Assembly (NCBI GenBank): GCA_963758525.1
Contig: CAVWVQ010000003.1
Location: 1,152,001-1,216,000 of the forward strand
Length of the DNA stretch: 64,000 nt
Direction of reading: 5' to 3'
From: an uncultured Phycisphaerales bacterium
GTDB taxonomy: Bacteria > Planctomycetota > Phycisphaerae > Tepidisphaerales > Tepidisphaeraceae
The notes beneath the pieces are model-generated. The model was given only the letters and a program-made list of their open reading frames with translations, was not told where the DNA came from and did no database searches. The position numbers and the translations under genes are program-made. Positions 60,152 through 64,000 of the stretch are shown one piece after another. Every line of letters starts with the position of its first letter. Within the stretch, counting starts at the first letter, position 1.

Positions 60152-61265
60152 CTTTGGTTCCGAAGATTCGATCAGCTCCAGCGGAGATCAGCAGGAACGT
60201 GTCTTTGCCCTTGGGGGTGGGCTCGCCCGTTGCCGGAAGGGTGAAGGCCGGGTTGGCAATGTAAACGTCCGCATAATCGTACGTATACGTAGTGCCCGTC
60301 GGCGGATTCGGACTTGGGAGCGGAAAATCCGTCTGGCTCACGCCGGTCGTGACGGTGGGCGACGGTACCGCGACGGGGCTAAAAGAGTAGGGGAACAAAT
60401 GCTGGAAATTGTATTGAAAGCTGGCCGCCGTGCCCGTTCCTTCGTACAGCATTTGGGTGGCGCCGACGCGGGCTCGCAGGTAGAGGATCGGGCCGAAATT
60501 GTAGTTTCCATTGCCGCTGATGGGGCTGCCGGGCGGGCCGGTGATGTTTCCGGGAATGTGATCGAGATATTCCGGGATGTACGAGTCGCCCGTCCCAAAT
60601 TCCTGGTATCCGTGCGTCGGATCGCCCGGTGGCAATTCCTCCGGCTTGGGGGTGAAGTATGCGGTTGTCTGCTTCTGCATATTTAGCAGTACATTGAGCA
60701 CCTGCGGCCCCTTGCCGATGGACGTGAAATCATAAAGCCAATTTTGCACCGCTGGAGGCGTCGCCGTCGTATAGGAGAGATAGACTCCGCCGCTTAAACC
60801 AAGAACGAGATTCTCACTTGAGGTGATATCTGTTACCGCTGGAGTACCGGTGATGTTCTCCAGCAGTGCGAACGTGGGGGGGATTTGCGTTGGCGGAACC
60901 GGCGCACTCCCCGCGACTGCGGCCGCGGCGGCCGCGTCAATGTCGTTTTGCGCAATCGGCCCCGGATACGCACGAAAATCCTGATAATACGCCTGGCACG
61001 CGGCGCCGATCGTCGCCATCTCCTGCTTGGTGCTGGTGACGAACGCGGCCTTGCGGACGCTGGCGACGACCGGGAGCAGAATCCCGATGAGGATCACGAT
61101 GATGCCGATGGTGACCAGCAATTCGATGAGGGTAAAACCGGGGCGGGAAAGGCACGAAGGCACGGAGGCACGAAGACACGAAGGGAAGGAAGGGGATTGG
61201 GATGGGAAAGGCGCGGAGGCACGCGGAGAAGAACGGTGAAGCGACGGACGATCGCGCAACGTCAT
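60129..61265 (-). CDS. GspG-like prepilin with octamer repeat in its leader
   Basis: PSCLRASVPSCLSRPG-FTLIELLVTIGII, YYQDFRAYP, ISAGAD...DDI. Confidence 0.85.
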   Translation of the reverse strand: MTLRDRPSLHRSSPRASAPFPSQSPSFPSCLRASVPSCLSRPGFTLIELLVTIGIIVILIGILLPVVASVRKAAFVTSTKQEMATIGAACQAYYQDFRAYPGPIAQNDIDAAAAAAVAGSAPVPPTQIPPTFALLENITGTPAVTDITSSENLVLGLSGGVYLSYTTATPPAVQNWLYDFTSIGKGPQVLNVLLNMQKQTTAYFTPKPEELPPGDPTHGYQEFGTGDSYIPEYLDHIPGNITGPPGSPISGNGNYNFGPILYLRARVGATQMLYEGTGTAASFQYNFQHLFPYSFSPVAVPSPTVTTGVSQTDFPLPSPNPPTGTTYTYDYADVYIANPAFTLPATGEPTPKGKDTFLLISAGADRIFGTKDDIISSN

Positions 61266-61275
61266 TGGGGGCCGC

Positions 61276-62556
61276 TCATTTCTTGGTTGCCTGGGAGCTG
61301 ATGCCGTTGATCAGCGTGATCATGGGCATGAACAGGGCGATGACGATGAAGCCGACGATGACGCCCAGGACGACGACCATGACCGGTTCAAGAATGCTGA
61401 TGAGGGAGCCGACGAGCACGTCGACGTCGTTGTCGTAGTTGTCGGCGACTTTGAGGAGCATCTTGTCGAGATCGCCGGTCTCTTCGCCGACGTCGATCAT
61501 ATTGACCACGATGGCGTCGCACACCTTGGTGGCGCGGAGCGGGTCGGCCATCGATTCACCTTCGCGGATGGCGTCGTGCACCTTGAGCAGGGCGCGGGCG
61601 TAGACCTCGTTGCCGCTGGTTTCCTTGGTGATCATGATCGCGTCGAGAATCGGGACGCCGGCGCTGATGAGCGTTCCCAGCGTTCGCGTGAAACGGCCGA
61701 TCGTCGACTTGGAGATGATCATCCCGAGGATGGGGATTTTGGTGGCGACCAGATCGACGGCGTATCTGCCGCCGTCGCTCATCCGCAGCAGCTTGAGCAC
61801 GCCGGAAGCGACAAACGGAAACGCGATCAGGTAGGCCCACCCGTATTGGTTGGCGAAGAAGTGGCTCAGCAGCAGCAGAAACTGGGTGGGGGCGGGCAAT
61901 TCGAGCTTGAAGTCCTTGAAGATTCCCTCGAACTTGGGAATGACGAAGATCATGATGACGGTCACCACGCCCACGGCGATGCTGATGACCACCGCCGGAT
62001 AGATCATCGCGCCGATGACCTTTTTCTTGAGCTTGGCGGCTTTTTCCATGAAGTCGGCGAGGCGCGAGAGGATGAGATCGAGCACGCCGCCGATTTCCCC
62101 GGCGTTGATCATGTTGACATAGAGCTTGTCAAACGCCTTGGGGTACTTGGACATGGCGTCGGAGAGGGTGCCGCCCCCTTCGACCTCGTCGGAGACGCCG
62201 CCGATGATCGCCTTGAGCAGGCCGGGCTTTTGTTGGGATTCGAGAATCTGCAGCGAGCGAAGAATCGGCAGGCCCGCGTCCTGCAGCGTGGAAAGCTGGC
62301 GGGTGAAGCCGACGAGCTGCTTCTGCGGCACGCCGCCGAAGGAGATCGGCATCTTGCGGGTTTTGACCGGTTCGGCCTCGGCAACCGCGCCCTTCTTGCC
62401 GGCCTTTTTCTTCCCGGCGGCTTTTTCCCGGACCTTGGTCGGGAAGAAGCCCTTGCTGCGAATGCGCTGAATCGCCTCCTCCGACGAGGCGGCTTCGATT
62501 TCGTCCTTCACTTCCTGTCCGGAAGTGTTCATCGCTTCAAATGAAAACGTCGGCAT
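61276..62556 (-). CDS. pilC: Type II secretion/type IV pilus platform protein PilC/GspF
   Basis: FTRQLSTL, AGEIGGVLD, AMIYP, VGEETGDLD, ILEP. Confidence 0.93.
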   Translation of the reverse strand: MPTFSFEAMNTSGQEVKDEIEAASSEEAIQRIRSKGFFPTKVREKAAGKKKAGKKGAVAEAEPVKTRKMPISFGGVPQKQLVGFTRQLSTLQDAGLPILRSLQILESQQKPGLLKAIIGGVSDEVEGGGTLSDAMSKYPKAFDKLYVNMINAGEIGGVLDLILSRLADFMEKAAKLKKKVIGAMIYPAVVISIAVGVVTVIMIFVIPKFEGIFKDFKLELPAPTQFLLLLSHFFANQYGWAYLIAFPFVASGVLKLLRMSDGGRYAVDLVATKIPILGMIISKSTIGRFTRTLGTLISAGVPILDAIMITKETSGNEVYARALLKVHDAIREGESMADPLRATKVCDAIVVNMIDVGEETGDLDKMLLKVADNYDNDVDVLVGSLISILEPVMVVVLGVIVGFIVIALFMPMITLINGISSQATKK

Positions 62557-62639
62557 GGCGAGGTCTCCGCGTACAGCCCCACAACATTATTCGTCGTGTC
62601 CAGCAGCCGGGGGAAGCGGACATTACGCTGCCGGCGGCA

Positions 62640-62932
62640 AAACCAGAATGACGAAACCAGCATCCCGAATCAAACAATCAAACCAGAATGACGAAACCAG
62701 AAAGCAGAATCAAACCAGAATGACGAATGACCGAATGAAGAGTGAACGCACAATTGGCGGCCTCGCCCCCCGGTTGTGGAGCCCCGATCGCCGCCTGGGT
62801 CGGCTGCACTGTAGATTGCGGTCTCTTCATTCGGTCATTCGTCATTCTGGTTTCTGGTTTCGTCATTCGGACTTCCGCCCGAAGCGGCGGCGTCACTCTG
62901 ATTTCGAACTTCGTCATTCGGACTTCCGCCCG
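62640..62932. repeat. GAATGAC/AAACCAG heptamer inverted-repeat element
   Basis: Perfect 31-bp inverted repeat 62712-62742/62823-62853 plus extra tandem units. Confidence 0.88.
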
Positions 62933-62942
62933 AAATGGCGGC

Positions 62943-64000
62943 TCATCCTTCTTCCATAATCGTTTCCCGAACCACTTCCTCGATGCTGGTGACTCCGTCG
63001 TAGATCGCCATCAGGCCGCTTTCGCGCAAGGTCCGCATGCCACGCTTCTTGGATTCCAGCCGCAAGACCTGCGTGCTGGCGTGGCGGACGACCATGTCGC
63101 GCATGTCGTCGTCGAGAATCATGATCTCGTACAGACCCATTCGGCCCTTGTAGCCGGTGTTGTTGCACAGTTCGCAGCCGCGTCCGTAATAGAGCTTGCG
63201 ACCGGCGACGATTTCGGGGGTCAGTTCCAGTTCCATCAATTGCTCGGGCGTGGGGGTGTACTCGGTTTTGCAACCAGCGCACAACCGCCGGACCAGCCGC
63301 TGCGCGACGACGCCTTCCAGGGTGGCGGTCACGAGGAACGGCTCGAGACCCAGATCGAGCAGGCGGGCGATGGTCGAGGGGGCGTCGTTGGTGTGCAGCG
63401 TGCTGAAAACCAGGTGGCCGGTGAGCGACGCCTGCACGGCAATGGTGGCGGTTTCCTTGTCGCGGATTTCGCCGATCAGCACCGTGTCGGGGTCCTGACG
63501 CAGCATCGCCCGAAGGATGCGGGCAAACGTCATCTCAATATCGGGCTTGATCTGGCACTGAATGATGCCGTCGATGTCATACTCGACGGGATCCTCGGCG
63601 GTGATCAGCTTCGAGGAGATCTCGTTCAGCTCGTTCAGGGCGGAATAGAGCGTTGTCGTCTTGCCCGAACCCGTCGGCCCGGTGACCAGCACGATTCCAT
63701 TTGGCTTGTGAATGAGCTCGCGAACCATCGACAGCTCTTCATCGCGCATCCCGAGCTTGTCGAGACTGAGGCTCACGTTGCTGCGGTCCAGCACGCGCAT
63801 GACGACGGACTCGCCGAACATGGTCGGCAGCACGCTGACGCGCAAGTCGATCTGCTGGTTGTTCACCATCAGCTCAATGCGCCCGTCCTGCGGGACGCGC
63901 CGCTCGGCAATGTCGAGATTGGCCATGACCTTGATGCGCGAGCTGATGGCCGGGGCGATGTGCGCCGGCGGCGGCATCATTTCGTACAGAACGCCGTCGA
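62943..64000 (-). CDS. pilB: Pilus assembly ATPase PilB/GspE (5' end outside window)
   Basis: PQDGR, GPTGSGKTT, RQDPD, STLHTN, CxxC...CxxC zinc motif. Confidence 0.93.
   Translation of the reverse strand, partial: DGVLYEMMPPPAHIAPAISSRIKVMANLDIAERRVPQDGRIELMVNNQQIDLRVSVLPTMFGESVVMRVLDRSNVSLSLDKLGMRDEELSMVRELIHKPNGIVLVTGPTGSGKTTTLYSALNELNEISSKLITAEDPVEYDIDGIIQCQIKPDIEMTFARILRAMLRQDPDTVLIGEIRDKETATIAVQASLTGHLVFSTLHTNDAPSTIARLLDLGLEPFLVTATLEGVVAQRLVRRLCAGCKTEYTPTPEQLMELELTPEIVAGRKLYYGRGCELCNNTGYKGRMGLYEIMILDDDMRDMVVRHASTQVLRLESKKRGMRTLRESGLMAIYDGVTSIEEVVRETIMEEG

Overview
High-GC bacterial window; gene content (many prepilin-type genes, PEP-CTERM proteins, dense short palindromic repeats) suggests a planctomycete such as Phycisphaerae, which is an inference. 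In order: urea ABC transporter (urtCDE) and urease (ureD, fused ureAB, ureC); DUF485/ActP-type symporter; permuted papain-like amidase; GH110-like glycosidase; a surface-glycan modification block; an uncharacterised ~12 kb lipid/small-molecule cluster (three GNAT-like proteins, Rieske oxygenase, NTF2 protein, alpha/beta-hydrolase, PAP2 enzyme, desaturase, two B12-binding radical SAM enzymes, GH3 adenylating enzyme); a zeta-toxin-like pair and gene relics; alpha-2-macroglobulin, pbpC, lpxB; a sigma-54 activator with PEP-CTERM genes and an Flp pilin missed by the ORF track; a Tat phosphatase; and a type II secretion/type IV pilus operon (E, F, four G-like, H, I, J, K). Two main candidates for new biology: (1) several repeat families, and a repeat-flanked DUF559 nuclease domain, sit in frame inside the cleavable leader peptides of prepilins or form short ORFs bridging operon genes; (2) the tandem B12-radical SAM/GH3/GNAT/desaturase cluster. 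About ten genes carry frameshifts that look like sequencing indels, so every frame-dependent claim needs read-level checking. All family calls are from motif recognition by eye, not database searches.
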